Notes: generated by a model not told the origin, from the sequence alone. Positions 1-11,801 are shown, counted from the first letter of the stretch. The stretch is 64,000 nucleotides of DNA from Polyangia bacterium (GCA_044222245.1 JBGANQ010000001.1:126239-190238); one strand, 5' to 3'. Made by a program: numbers and translations.

Positions 1-22
1 TCAACCTGCTGGAGATCGACTG

Positions 23-463
23 ATGAGCGCCGAGATCGCCCGCCGCTACTACACCCGCGGCTGCAGCGAGCTGCAAAAAGGCGAGCTCGACGACGCCTGC
101 CAGGATCTGCAGGCGGCGGTGCAGCTGTTCCCCACTTTTTATGAGGCCCGCATCGCCTACGCGACGGCGCTGCTCCGCCTCAAGGACGCCCCGCGGGCGA
201 TCCAGACGCTGCGCGCCGGCCTGCACTACTGTCACAACAGCGCCGCGCGGTCGCTTTTGTGCCGGGTGCTCGGCGACGCGCTGACCGCCGGCGGCGATTT
301 CCTGGCGGCAGAGCAGGCCTTCGCCGAGTCGCGCGCCCAGAGCCCGAGCGACAGCGCCGACCTGCACGACCGGGTCGCCCGCCTGCGCGCCCGCACCGGC
401 CGCTTTGACGAGGCCTTCACCGAGCTGCTCGCCGCCGCCCGGCTCTACAAGACCCAGACCTAG
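23..463 (+). CDS. TPR-repeat protein
   Basis: 146-aa ORF with tetratricopeptide-like helical repeats (A/Y/L periodicity, e.g. AYATALLRL, AEQAFAESRA); high GC3. Confidence 0.45.
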   Translation: MSAEIARRYYTRGCSELQKGELDDACQDLQAAVQLFPTFYEARIAYATALLRLKDAPRAIQTLRAGLHYCHNSAARSLLCRVLGDALTAGGDFLAAEQAFAESRAQSPSDSADLHDRVARLRARTGRFDEAFTELLAAARLYKTQT

Positions 464-1305
464 GCGCTGAGCCAGTCGCGCCGCGCCGCATCGCGCGGGG
501 CTGTCAGCTCGGCGCGGGCGGCGGCGGCCAGCGGCACAAACGACGCCGCCGCGGTCAGCACCGGCTGGGCGTAGAAGAAGAAGTTGAGCAGCGCCGGCTC
601 GCAGCCAAAGCGCTGCGCGTAGGTGCCGCCGGCGAGCCCGAACTCGGCGGCGGGCACATCGAGCAGGCCCATGTCGTAGTGCTCGACCCCGTGCGCCAGC
701 AGCAGGTCGGTGGTCTTCTGGAAGCGCTTGAGCAGCTTGGGATCAAAGACCCCGGGCAGCGGCAGCTCGCGGATGAGCGCCATCCCCTCGGGGCAGACCT
801 CGCCGCCGGTGGCGAGCTCGAAGGCGACCTCCTGCACGCACGCGGCGCGGGTGATGTGCGAGCAGGCGATGCGCAGGTAGCGCTCGCGGATCATGTCCGC
901 CTCTGGGGCCAGCCCGGCCTCGGCAGCGGCCAGCGGGGCGCCGCTGGCCAGCTCGGCCGCCGAGGCGGCGCGCAGCTCCACCAGCGCCGGCGGCCGGCCC
1001 AGGCACAGCACGTAGATGAACGAGCAGAGGTCCTCGGGCCCGCCCGCCTGCACATACGCCGGTGCCTTGAGGGCCGTGGCCAGCTGCTGCCCGAGCGCCG
1101 TCACCGCCCCCGCGTGCAGGCCGGCGCGGAAGCAGGCCTCATCGTCGGGCTCGCCCCAGCGGCGGCTCGGGTAGAGGCGGGCGCTGAGCCCGTCGAGCAG
1201 CTCCTTCTGGGTCGCCTTGCGGGTGCCGCAGCCATCTTCGCGGCCGCACTCTGACTTGCACGTGTCACAGCCCATCCATACTCCCTTACCGCCAGCAGAG
1301 CACAC
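460..1305 (-). CDS. hypothetical protein with N-terminal Cys cluster
   Basis: 281-aa ORF. N-terminus has CDTCKSECGREDGCG (multiple Cys, possible metal-binding). No recognised catalytic motif. Confidence 0.45.
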   Translation of the reverse strand: MCSAGGKGVWMGCDTCKSECGREDGCGTRKATQKELLDGLSARLYPSRRWGEPDDEACFRAGLHAGAVTALGQQLATALKAPAYVQAGGPEDLCSFIYVLCLGRPPALVELRAASAAELASGAPLAAAEAGLAPEADMIRERYLRIACSHITRAACVQEVAFELATGGEVCPEGMALIRELPLPGVFDPKLLKRFQKTTDLLLAHGVEHYDMGLLDVPAAEFGLAGGTYAQRFGCEPALLNFFFYAQPVLTAAASFVPLAAAARAELTAPRDAARRDWLSA

Positions 1306-1402
1306 GACGGCGCCGGCGTAAAGGGTCCGCCCCCGCTGGGATCGGCGCCGGCGCCCGGGCAGAATGTGCAGAGTGCTGCGGCAGGCGCTGTATACTGGGC
1401 CT

Positions 1403-2095
1403 ATGTCGTCTCAATCTAAGCGCGGCGGCCCGTGCCGCCCGGCCCCTGTCGGCGAGGACGGCTGCGCCGCGCCGCGGTACCTCGTGGCGGCGGCGCTCGC
1501 GACGCTGCTCGGCGGCTGCGCGCCGACGGTCCTCAGCCTCGCCGCCGAGTCCGAGCCGGCGGGCACGCGCTACGAGAAGACGGTGGACCGCTGGACGCGG
1601 GTAAAGCGCATCGGCTCGGTCGATGACCTGGACACCCCGATTGTCATCGCGGCGACGCTGCGCTCGCGGGCGTTTCAGCGCGCCTATGCCGAGCACTACC
1701 TGCAGACCTACAAGGTCAACATCCAGCTTGAGCGCGACAAGCTCATCGAGCGTGAGCGGGCGGTCGCCGACCTCGGGCTGTCATTTTGGGTCCGCACGAC
1801 CTTCCACAACTACCTGTGGAACGACCTGCGCTCGCAGGCCAAGTGGCGCGTCGTCCTGGTCGATGAGAGCGGGCAAGAGACCCCCGCCGAGTCGATCGAG
1901 CTGGTGGCGCTCAAGGACCTGACCCAGCCGGTGCTGCTCGGGGCGGCGCTCGACGCCTACAGCAAGCTGTGGCTGGTCCGCTTTCCGCTGCTGCGCGGCG
2001 ATGGGCTGCCGCTGGTGCCGGCCGGGGCGCGAAAGATCATCTTGCGGGCCGCCGGTCCTGTGGGGCAAACCGACCTGACATGGCTGCTGAACTAA
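1403..2095 (+). CDS. hypothetical lipoprotein
   Basis: ORF 1364..2095. Likely start at MSSQSK. LLGGC lipobox-like signal (ALATLLGGCAP). Confidence 0.4.
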   Translation: MSSQSKRGGPCRPAPVGEDGCAAPRYLVAAALATLLGGCAPTVLSLAAESEPAGTRYEKTVDRWTRVKRIGSVDDLDTPIVIAATLRSRAFQRAYAEHYLQTYKVNIQLERDKLIERERAVADLGLSFWVRTTFHNYLWNDLRSQAKWRVVLVDESGQETPAESIELVALKDLTQPVLLGAALDAYSKLWLVRFPLLRGDGLPLVPAGARKIILRAAGPVGQTDLTWLLN

Positions 2096-2183
2096 CTATC
2101 GGCTCGCGGAGCGGCGCGGGAACCGTCTCAGGTATCGCGTGCCTCTGGGGTCTTGGGGGCGCCCGCGCGCTGCGAGGGCGGCG

Positions 2184-4343
<2,160 letters not shown>

Positions 4344-4426
4344 CCGCGCGTCCCAGGTCCCAAGCTAGAGACGCGCGGTGGGGGCCAGCGGCGGCGCAGG
4401 GCCGCGCTTGGCGCGACCCCTCCGCG

Positions 4427-4606
4427 GGCGGCGGTCAGTCTTTGCGCTACATCGCCCGCTGGCCGAGGCTCGGCAGCGATGGAATGGCGCGCGGCGCGGC
4501 CTCGGCGGGCGGCGCCGGCGGCGGTCAGTCTTTGCGCTGCATCGCCCGCTGGCCGAGGCTCGGCAGCGAGGGAATGGCGCGCGGCGCGGCCTCGGCGGGC
4601 GGCGCC
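4427..4606. repeat. 90-bp tandem direct duplication (2 copies, 2 mismatches) spanning the 3' end and stop codon of the bactofilin gene
   Basis: ggcggcggtcagtctttgcgct(a/g)catcgcccgctggccgaggctcggcagcga(t/g)ggaatggcgcgcggcgcggcctcggcgggcggcgccggc occurs at about 4427-4516 and 4517-4606. Confidence 0.85.
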
Positions 4607-5115
4607 GGCGGCGGCTCGGCGTGCGGCATGGCCATGCTGCCGGTAATCTCGGTCGCCGGCTTGACGGCGGGCGGCTCGGCGGCGACCGGCTCAGCGGCGG
4701 GCGGTGGGGTCGGCGGTGGCACCGGCGCAGCGGCCGGCGCGGCGATGGTCTGGGTGGGACGGCTCGCGGCAGGCGCCGGCTTGTCTTCGGCGCTCAGCGC
4801 CGCCAGCCCCTGATCCGAGACGAAGGTGACGCGGGCCGCCATGATCTCCCCCAGCACCCGGCCGCTGGTGGTGTGGATGCGCACCACATCGCGGGCGCGC
4901 AGGGTCCCGCTGAACACCCCGATGACCAGCGCATCGCCGACCTCGGTGTCCTCGCAGCTCACAGAGCCGGCGGCGGCCACGGTCAGCCGCCCGCGCACGC
5001 GCAGCGGTCCGCCGTCGATGCGGCCTTCTACGGTCAGGTCCTCCTCTGAGATCACCTGACCCACGATCTTGGTCCCCGAACCAATGGTGGTCTTTGTCTG
5101 TGCCATCGTGCCCAA
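4525..5115 (-). CDS. bactofilin (polymer-forming cytoskeletal protein) with Pro-rich C-terminal tail
   Basis: GSGTKIVGQVISEEDLTVEGRIDGGPLRVRGRLTVAAAGSVSCEDTEVGDALVIGVFSGTLRARDVVRIHTTSGRVLGEI is the right-handed beta-helix bactofilin (DUF583) repeat pattern. C-terminus PAPAASRP...PPPTPPPAAEP. Confidence 0.8.
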   Translation of the reverse strand: MGTMAQTKTTIGSGTKIVGQVISEEDLTVEGRIDGGPLRVRGRLTVAAAGSVSCEDTEVGDALVIGVFSGTLRARDVVRIHTTSGRVLGEIMAARVTFVSDQGLAALSAEDKPAPAASRPTQTIAAPAAAPVPPPTPPPAAEPVAAEPPAVKPATEITGSMAMPHAEPPPAPPAEAAPRAIPSLPSLGQRAMQRKD

Positions 5116-5212
5116 AGCGTATCACCCGGCGAAGCCGGGGGTCAATCATCGGTCCGGAATCGCCCAGAATCGGCCGCCGCCGAGCCCGCGGTCGGCCCTC
5201 TGCAGCACAGCA

Positions 5213-5300
5213 GGCTGGTTCTGGTTCTGGTTCTGGTTTTGTTTCTGGTTCTGGTTTTGTCTCTGGTTCTGGTTTTGTCTCTGGTTTTGCCTTGGCTGGA
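5213..5300. repeat. A/C-rich microsatellite, (AACCAG/AAACCAGAG)n-like, about 88 bp, in bactofilin/POT divergent promoter region
   Basis: ggttctggttctggttctggttttgtttctggttctggttttgtctctggttctggttttgtctctggttttgcc; low-GC simple repeat in a 70% GC genome, about 100 bp upstream of the bactofilin ATG. Confidence 0.85.
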
Positions 5301-5480
5301 GTCACATGGCGGCGCGCAGGGGCGACGAGGCGGTCACATTTAGGCCAAAAGCAGTAAACCTCTTTGCAAAAGTTCCGATAACTAACTTATGCGTCGGACA
5401 GGGGGTCTGGCAGACCTGGGGGGCCCGGGCGAGTTGCGGCGGACCGGACAGCCGGGCCGCGCCGGCACGGAAAAAGCCGC

Positions 5481-6833
5481 ATGAGCCAGGATGCGCGCAG
5501 CTGGAGCTTCCCGCTCTCGTTCTGGACCGCCAACGTCATCGAAGCTGCCGAGCGCGCCGCCTACTACGGCTGGTTCATCATGCTCGCCCCCTTCCTCACC
5601 TCGGTGGTGGGCTACAGCGACATCGCGGCGGGCTACATCGGCGGCTGCTTCGCGGCGCTGCTCTACCTTCTGCCGTTTGTGAGCGGCGCCTTCGCCGACC
5701 GCGTCGGCTACCGCCGGGCGCTGATGCTGGCGATGGCGCTTTTGGGCAGCGGCTATGCGGCGATCGGTCTTGTCCCGCGCAAGGGCTTTGTCCTTATCGC
5801 CATGGCGTCGATCATGCTCGGCGGCTCGCTGGTAAAGCCGATCATCACCGGCACGGTCGCCCGCACCTCTGACAAAGCGCACCGGGCGCGCGCCTTCAGC
5901 CTGTTTTACATGATGGTGAACATCGGCGCCTTCACCGGCAAGACCATCGCCAAGCCGATCCGCAGCGCGCTCGGGCTGGCCGCGCTGCCGCTGTTCTCGG
6001 CGACGGTGGCGCTGCTGGCCCTGGTCGCCGTCGCCCTGTTTTACCGCCCCAAGGAGTCCGCCGCGGTCGCCGGGGAGAACAAGTCGGCGCCGCCGTCGCT
6101 TGGGCAGGTGCTGCGCCAGCTGCGGGACGACTTCGCCCAGGTCCTGCACTCGGGTCGGCTGATCGCGCTCATCGTCATCACCGGCGGATTTTGGATCATC
6201 CAGAGCCAGATGTACTCGTCGATGCCCAAGTTCGTGCTGCGCACCGTCGGCGCCGCCGCCAGTCCCGAGTGGTACGCCAACGTCAACCCGACCCTGGTCG
6301 TGCTGTGCGTGGTGCCGGTCACCCAGCTGTGCCGGCGGCTGCAGCCGGTGACCTCGATGACGATCGCGCTCGGCCTCATCCCGCTGTCGGCGCTGGCGAT
6401 TGCGCTCCTGCCGCGCACCCTGGGCGCCGTCGGGCCGCTGCACCCGGTGACGGTGGCGATGGTGCTCGGCATCGCCCTGCAGGGCTTCTCGGAGTGCTTC
6501 CTGAGCCCGCGCTACCTGGAGTATGCCTCGCACCTGGCGCCCCGGGACAAAGAGGCGCTGTACATGGGGTACGCCCACCTCAACCAGTTCCTCGCCTGGC
6601 TGATCGGCTACATCCTGTCGGGCTACCTGCTAAACGCCTTCTGCCCTAACCCCGAGACGCTGCCGCCCGCCGACCAGGCGGCTCATGCCGCGGCGCTGGC
6701 CGCCGGCGGCGTCCTGCCGGCGGCCTACGCCCACGCCCACTACCTGTGGTTCGTGTTCGCCGCCATCGGCAGCTGCGCCTTCCTGGCGCTATTGGTGTTC
6801 CAGGTGGTCACCCGTCGCCCCGCCGCCCGCTGA
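5481..6833 (+). CDS. POT/PTR2-family (MFS) di-/tripeptide:proton symporter
   Basis: PTR2 signature FWTANVIEAAERAAYYGWFIML (ExxERFxYYG-like), GAFADRVGYRRAL, about 12 predicted TM segments. Confidence 0.7.
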   Translation: MSQDARSWSFPLSFWTANVIEAAERAAYYGWFIMLAPFLTSVVGYSDIAAGYIGGCFAALLYLLPFVSGAFADRVGYRRALMLAMALLGSGYAAIGLVPRKGFVLIAMASIMLGGSLVKPIITGTVARTSDKAHRARAFSLFYMMVNIGAFTGKTIAKPIRSALGLAALPLFSATVALLALVAVALFYRPKESAAVAGENKSAPPSLGQVLRQLRDDFAQVLHSGRLIALIVITGGFWIIQSQMYSSMPKFVLRTVGAAASPEWYANVNPTLVVLCVVPVTQLCRRLQPVTSMTIALGLIPLSALAIALLPRTLGAVGPLHPVTVAMVLGIALQGFSECFLSPRYLEYASHLAPRDKEALYMGYAHLNQFLAWLIGYILSGYLLNAFCPNPETLPPADQAAHAAALAAGGVLPAAYAHAHYLWFVFAAIGSCAFLALLVFQVVTRRPAAR

Positions 6834-6869
6834 GCAGGGGTTGCCGCGCGCCCGCGCGCTTGTGGTAAG

Positions 6870-7889
6870 TTGCCGCCGATGAAGGCGTTGGAGATTAAAG
6901 TCGGGGCGCTGATCGTCGTCTCGCTCGGGCTGCTCGTCGGGTTTGTCGCGCTGCTCGGCGGGCTGCAGCTGACGCCGACGTTTCGCGTCTTTGTCGACTA
7001 TGACTTCTCGGGCAACATCCACGCCGGGGCGCCGGTCAAGATCTCGGGGATCAAGGTCGGCAAGGTCGACGACGTGCTGTTCCTTGGCGGCGAGCTCGAT
7101 CCCGAGGTCAAGCGGCGGGTGCAGGTGCGCCTGGTCGTGCGCATCGAGCAGCGGGCGCAGAGCGCCATCCACGAGGGCGCCGAGTTCTTCGTCAACACCC
7201 AGGGCGTGCTCGGCGAGCAGTACCTGGAGATCGCCCCCGGCGACTACGACAAGCCGACGCTCAAGCCGGGCACCAAGGTACGCGGCGTCGATCCCCCGCG
7301 CACCGACCTCATCATCGCCCGGCTTTACGAGTTCCTCGACGCGGTGACGAGCCTGCTGCGCGAGGACAAGGAGGTGCTGCGCGACCTGCTTCGCTCGGGG
7401 GCCAAGGTGGCGCGCAGCCTCGACAAGCTGCTTGGCGAGAACCAGGACGACGTCAAGAAGCTGCTGCACGATCTGGATCGCCTGACCGCGGCGAGCGCCG
7501 ACTTCATCGCCAAGCTTGACAAGGGCGTCGGCTCGGCCGAGGACCTGCGCCGCACCGTCGCCAACATCGAGGCGATCAGCAACGAGCTGCACGCCGAGCT
7601 CGGGCCGCTGCTGCAAAAGACCAAGCGCGCCCTGGACGGCGTGAGCGAGGTCGCCGGGCTGCTCGGACCCGAGGACAAGAAGAAGCTGCTGCGCGCCCTG
7701 GACGAGCTCTTGCTGGTCGGCAACAAGGTCCAGGCGGTGGCCACCGACGCCGCGTCGCTGGTCGGCGATCTGAAAAAAGGCCGCGGCACGGTGGGGGCGC
7801 TGCTCGTCGATCAGCAGATCTACGACGACCTCAAGGAGCTGACCCGCGACCTCAAGCGCAACCCGTGGAAGTTCTTCTGGAAGGAGTAG
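6870..7889 (+). CDS. MCE/MlaD-family protein
   Basis: N-terminal TM (IVVSLGLLVGFVALLGG) followed by MCE domain (FRVFVDYDFSGNIHAGAPVKISGIKVGKVDDV...VQVRLVVR) and long coiled-coil C-terminus. Confidence 0.75.
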   Translation: MPPMKALEIKVGALIVVSLGLLVGFVALLGGLQLTPTFRVFVDYDFSGNIHAGAPVKISGIKVGKVDDVLFLGGELDPEVKRRVQVRLVVRIEQRAQSAIHEGAEFFVNTQGVLGEQYLEIAPGDYDKPTLKPGTKVRGVDPPRTDLIIARLYEFLDAVTSLLREDKEVLRDLLRSGAKVARSLDKLLGENQDDVKKLLHDLDRLTAASADFIAKLDKGVGSAEDLRRTVANIEAISNELHAELGPLLQKTKRALDGVSEVAGLLGPEDKKKLLRALDELLLVGNKVQAVATDAASLVGDLKKGRGTVGALLVDQQIYDDLKELTRDLKRNPWKFFWKE

Positions 7890-7892
7890 CGC

Positions 7893-9017
7893 GTGAGCCT
7901 GGGGCCGCCCTTTGACCACAGCGGCGAGCGGCTGCGTCTCATCCTCGGCGCGGCGACGGGGGTGACGCTGCTGGTGGCGATCGGCGTCGCGCTCCTGGCC
8001 GCCGACCGCTCGCTCGGCGAGGCGGTGACCGTGCACATGCTGGTGCAGCGGCCGGGGGCCCTGCACACCGGGGCGCTGGTGCGGGTGGCCGGCGAGCAGA
8101 TCGGCGAGGTGGTGGCGATCCGCGGCCATCGCCCCGAGGCCGGTCTGCGCGACGGCCCCGGCGCGGCCGAGAGCGCCGAGCCCGGCGTCGACATCGAGCT
8201 GCGCCTGCGCAAGCGCTGGGCGAGCCGGATCTACGACAACTCCACCTTCCTGCCGGTCAATCCCACCGTGCTCGCCGAGGCCCTCATCGAGATCGGCCCG
8301 CCGGCGGGCGGCGCCGCCCCGGGCAGCCCGATCGGTGCCGAGCAGCGGGTGCGCGGCGTCGAGCCGGCGGATCTCGACCAGCTGCTGCGCCGGGTCTACC
8401 AGAGCATCGAGCTGACGCTGCAACAGGCGCGCGAGCTGGGCGCCGAGTGGACCGAGCTGAACGAGGCCTTCACCGCGCTGTCGGCGCGCCTGTCCGTGAG
8501 CCTGCCCGACACCCTGCGCGTGCAGGTCCAGGGGGCGGCGGCGCGCCAGGGCATCGAGCAGCTGCTTGGCACCCTGCGCGCCGGCCGCGCCGACGAGCTG
8601 CCCGAGCTCACCCGGCAGCTGGATCGCTCGCTGACGCCGCTGGTGCGGCAGTTCCAGCTGCTGGGGGCGCAGGGGGAGCTGCTGCAGGCGCGGGCGCGCG
8701 AGCTCGGGCAGGCGCTCGGACCGGGCCAGCAGGCAGAGCTGCGCCGCGCCATCGCCCAGCTGCGCACCGCCCTCTCCGCCGGCGAGCAGCTCGCCGCCGA
8801 TGCCCGCTTCCTCATCCGCTATGTCGACAGCGGGCGCGGCACCCTGGGCGGCTTCAGCCAGGACATGCAGATCTTCGACGAGCTAAAAGATACAAGCCGC
8901 ATCCTCAAGCAGCAGAGCTGGCGGCTGCTCATCAAGCGCCGCGACTCGGCCGCGCCCGCCGCGCCGGTCGCGCCCGCCGGACCTCCGGGCAGAGCCCCCG
9001 CGCGCCCCTCCCCCTAG
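7893..9017 (+). CDS. MCE/MlaD-family protein (paralog)
   Basis: GTG start 4 nt after previous stop. TM helix then MCE-like core (VTVHMLVQRPGALHTGALVRVAGEQIGEVVAI), coiled-coil tail. Confidence 0.65.
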   Translation: MSLGPPFDHSGERLRLILGAATGVTLLVAIGVALLAADRSLGEAVTVHMLVQRPGALHTGALVRVAGEQIGEVVAIRGHRPEAGLRDGPGAAESAEPGVDIELRLRKRWASRIYDNSTFLPVNPTVLAEALIEIGPPAGGAAPGSPIGAEQRVRGVEPADLDQLLRRVYQSIELTLQQARELGAEWTELNEAFTALSARLSVSLPDTLRVQVQGAAARQGIEQLLGTLRAGRADELPELTRQLDRSLTPLVRQFQLLGAQGELLQARARELGQALGPGQQAELRRAIAQLRTALSAGEQLAADARFLIRYVDSGRGTLGGFSQDMQIFDELKDTSRILKQQSWRLLIKRRDSAAPAAPVAPAGPPGRAPARPSP

Positions 9018-9118
9018 CCGCCGGACCGCGGTCCGGGGCGCCGGCAGCTCCCGAGGCCGCCACCGCGGTCGCGAGTCCCAGCTGAGACGACCGGCCGCGC
9101 CCGGGGTAAAGTGAACGG

Positions 9119-10234
9119 ATGGCAGGCCCCCTGGTGAGCAGAAACGATGCAGCTCGCGGTCTTGGCGCTCGCGCCCACGCGATTCCCGCGCGCTGCGCCG
9201 CCGCGTGGCCGGTCGGGCTGGTGGGCGGGCTGGCCCTCGCCACGGCCTGCCATGACGAGCAGGTCGCAACTGCGCTGCAGAAAAAGACCCAGGCCGCTGC
9301 CGCTGCTGCTGCTGCTGCCGCCGCGCCGACCGGCCCAAGTCAGCCTCCCAGGCCGAGCGTCGTCCTGTTCAGCCGCCGGCACGGTCAGCTGCTGCCGCTG
9401 GCCTGCTACAGCGAGGTGACCCAGAGGCTGCACGCGGGCAGCGACTGCGCCGGCCTGCTCCCCGAGGATGCCGAGGTCCGCATCGGCGACACCTACGGCG
9501 GGCGGCTGCGACCGGGCCAGCCGCTGGTCTGCCAGACCAAGACCGGCCCGCTGGTGCTGCCGACCTTCGGCCTGCTGGAGGGCCCGCCCGGCGACGCCGG
9601 TCCGCAGCCGGGACCGCCGCTGGCGCTGTGGTCGTCCGGACCGCTGCCCAAGCTGGAGCTGCCCCCGAGCCCGCCCGAGCCGCTGCCGCTGCCGCCCAGC
9701 GAGTCGCTGTACATCACCAACTCGTCGCGCAACCTGCTGCCGCCGGCGCAGCGGCTGCTCATCGGGCAGGTCGTGGTCGACAACGTGTGGACGGTCGATC
9801 TCGATGCCGACGGCCTGCGCGAGCGGCTCGATCAGGTGCGCCTGCTGGAGGTCCGCCGCCGCTTCATGATGCTCACCGGCGTGTTCGTGGTCGCCGGCAA
9901 GGACGCGGTGGCGCTGCGGCCGCTGCGGGTGCAGCTCATCCCCCCCGAGCAGCGCGAGCGCCTCGGCCGCGACGACCACAGCTACGACGTGAAGATGCTC
10001 GCGGCGCTCGACCTGGATCACGACAGCCGGCGCGAGCTGTGGCTGCAGGTCGCCCGACCCGAGACGACCACCGACTCGCTCGGGCGCTTCACCGACACCG
10101 GGCTTGCAGTGTTCGCCGAGCTGACCTGCCCGAACCAGCCGGCCGCTGTCTCACCGCCGCCGCCCCCGCCGCCCCCCGCAGCTGGTCGGCCACCCGGCGC
10201 CGCCCCGCCCAAGGGCCAAGGACCGCGACCGTGA
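9119..10234 (+). CDS. hypothetical Pro-rich lipoprotein
   Basis: ORF with LVGGLALATAC lipobox-like segment, poly-Ala stretch, PPPPPPPP tail. Start uncertain. Confidence 0.35.
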   Translation: MAGPLVSRNDAARGLGARAHAIPARCAAAWPVGLVGGLALATACHDEQVATALQKKTQAAAAAAAAAAAPTGPSQPPRPSVVLFSRRHGQLLPLACYSEVTQRLHAGSDCAGLLPEDAEVRIGDTYGGRLRPGQPLVCQTKTGPLVLPTFGLLEGPPGDAGPQPGPPLALWSSGPLPKLELPPSPPEPLPLPPSESLYITNSSRNLLPPAQRLLIGQVVVDNVWTVDLDADGLRERLDQVRLLEVRRRFMMLTGVFVVAGKDAVALRPLRVQLIPPEQRERLGRDDHSYDVKMLAALDLDHDSRRELWLQVARPETTTDSLGRFTDTGLAVFAELTCPNQPAAVSPPPPPPPPAAGRPPGAAPPKGQGPRP

Positions 10235-10262
10235 CCCGCGACCGCAGCCAGACCCCCCGCGC

Positions 10263-11801
10263 ATGATCAGCGCCGAGCTACGCCGCCAGGTCGACCGCCT
10301 CTGGACCGCGTTCTGGACCGGCGGCATCACCAACCCGCTGGAGGTCGTGGAGCAGCTTACCTACCTCCTGTTCCTGCGGCGCCTGGACGACCTGCAGACC
10401 CTGGCCGAGACCGCCGCCGCCGACCCCCAGCGTCCCCTCGCGCGCAGCCTCTTCCCCGACGGGGTGACCGCCAGCGGCCGCCCGCTGGCCGAGCTGCGCT
10501 GGTCGCACTTCAAGCACCTGGCGCCGGGCCCGCTGTTCAGCCTCTTTGCCGAGGATGTCTTTCCGTTTCTGCGCACGCTCGGCGCCGCCGACTCGACCTA
10601 CGGTCACCACATGCGGGATGCGCGCTTCACCATCCCCCGGCCCGAGCTCCTCGCCAAGGTGGTCGACCTCATCGACCGCATGCAGCTCGACGAAGCCGAC
10701 ACCAAGGGCGACCTGTACGAGTACATGCTCAGCAAGCTCGCCAGCGCCGGGCGCAACGGGCAGTTCCGCACGCCCCGCCACCTCATCGCGCTGATGGTCG
10801 AGCTGACGGCGCCGCGTCCGGGCGACTCGATCTGCGATCCCGCCGCCGGCACCTGCGGCTTTCTGGTCGCGGCGGGCGAGTACCTGCGGGCCCACCACGG
10901 CGCGCTGTTTGCCGACCCCGCCGAGCGCGAGCACTTCCACCGCTGCATGTTCCACGGCTTCGAGGTCGACAGCACCATGCTGCGCATCGGCAGCATGAAC
11001 ATGCTGCTGCACGGGGTGGACGGCCCCGCCATCGCCTACCGCGACTCCCTGGCCCAGGCCGACGGCGGCGAACAAGACAAGTACAGCCTGATCCTCGCCA
11101 ACCCGCCGTTTTCCGGCTCGCTCGACGAGGCGCTGTGCGCCCGCGAGCTGCGGCAGGTGGTAAAGACCCGCAAGACCGAGCTCCTGTTTGTCGCCCTGTG
11201 CCTGCGCCTCTTGCGGCGCGGCGGGCGCGCGGCGATGATCGTGCCCGACGGGGTGCTGTGCGGCGCCAGCGCGGCCCACCGGACGCTGCGTGCGCTGCTG
11301 GTCGAGCAGCAGAAGCTCGAGGCGGTGATCGCGCTGCCGGGCGGCGCCTTCCGGCCCTACGCCGGCGTCTGCACCGCCATCCTCCTTTTTACCAAGACCG
11401 ACTGCGGCGGCACCGAGCAGGTCTGGTTCTACGACCTGGTCGCCGACGGCTTCAGCCTGGACGACAAGCGCCAGCCGCTCTTGCCGCCCGACAAGCTGGG
11501 CGCGACGCCGCCGACCCCGCTGACCGCCGCCGAGCACGCCGCCAACAACCTGCCCGATCTCCTGTCCCGCTTTTGCCAGCGCGACTGCGCCGAGCGCCAG
11601 CGCCCGCGCACCGCGCAGAGCTTCTGCGTCCCCAAGGCCGACCTGGTGGCGCAGGGCTATGACCTGAGCCTGGGCCGCTACCAGCAGGTCGCGCCCGCCC
11701 CCAGCCCCCCGCGCGAGCCGCAGCAGGTGCTGGCCCGGCTGGTCGAGCTCGAGGCAGAGATCCAGCAGGGAATCCGCGAGCTGACCGAGCTGCTTGCATG
11801 A
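10263..11801 (+). CDS. hsdM: type I restriction-modification system DNA methyltransferase subunit HsdM
   Basis: HsdM_N region, GQFRTPRHL (GxFxTPR), SAM-binding DPAAGTCGFL, catalytic NPPF (LILANPPFSGS). Confidence 0.9.
   Translation: MISAELRRQVDRLWTAFWTGGITNPLEVVEQLTYLLFLRRLDDLQTLAETAAADPQRPLARSLFPDGVTASGRPLAELRWSHFKHLAPGPLFSLFAEDVFPFLRTLGAADSTYGHHMRDARFTIPRPELLAKVVDLIDRMQLDEADTKGDLYEYMLSKLASAGRNGQFRTPRHLIALMVELTAPRPGDSICDPAAGTCGFLVAAGEYLRAHHGALFADPAEREHFHRCMFHGFEVDSTMLRIGSMNMLLHGVDGPAIAYRDSLAQADGGEQDKYSLILANPPFSGSLDEALCARELRQVVKTRKTELLFVALCLRLLRRGGRAAMIVPDGVLCGASAAHRTLRALLVEQQKLEAVIALPGGAFRPYAGVCTAILLFTKTDCGGTEQVWFYDLVADGFSLDDKRQPLLPPDKLGATPPTPLTAAEHAANNLPDLLSRFCQRDCAERQRPRTAQSFCVPKADLVAQGYDLSLGRYQQVAPAPSPPREPQQVLARLVELEAEIQQGIRELTELLA

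Noticed and set aside
4691-5305. 204-aa ORF starting with KPEPETKPEPE repeat and overlapping bactofilin in another frame
   Set aside because: N-terminus is just the translation of the promoter microsatellite. The remainder is an alternate frame of the bactofilin gene, whose own frame shows the conserved bactofilin repeat.
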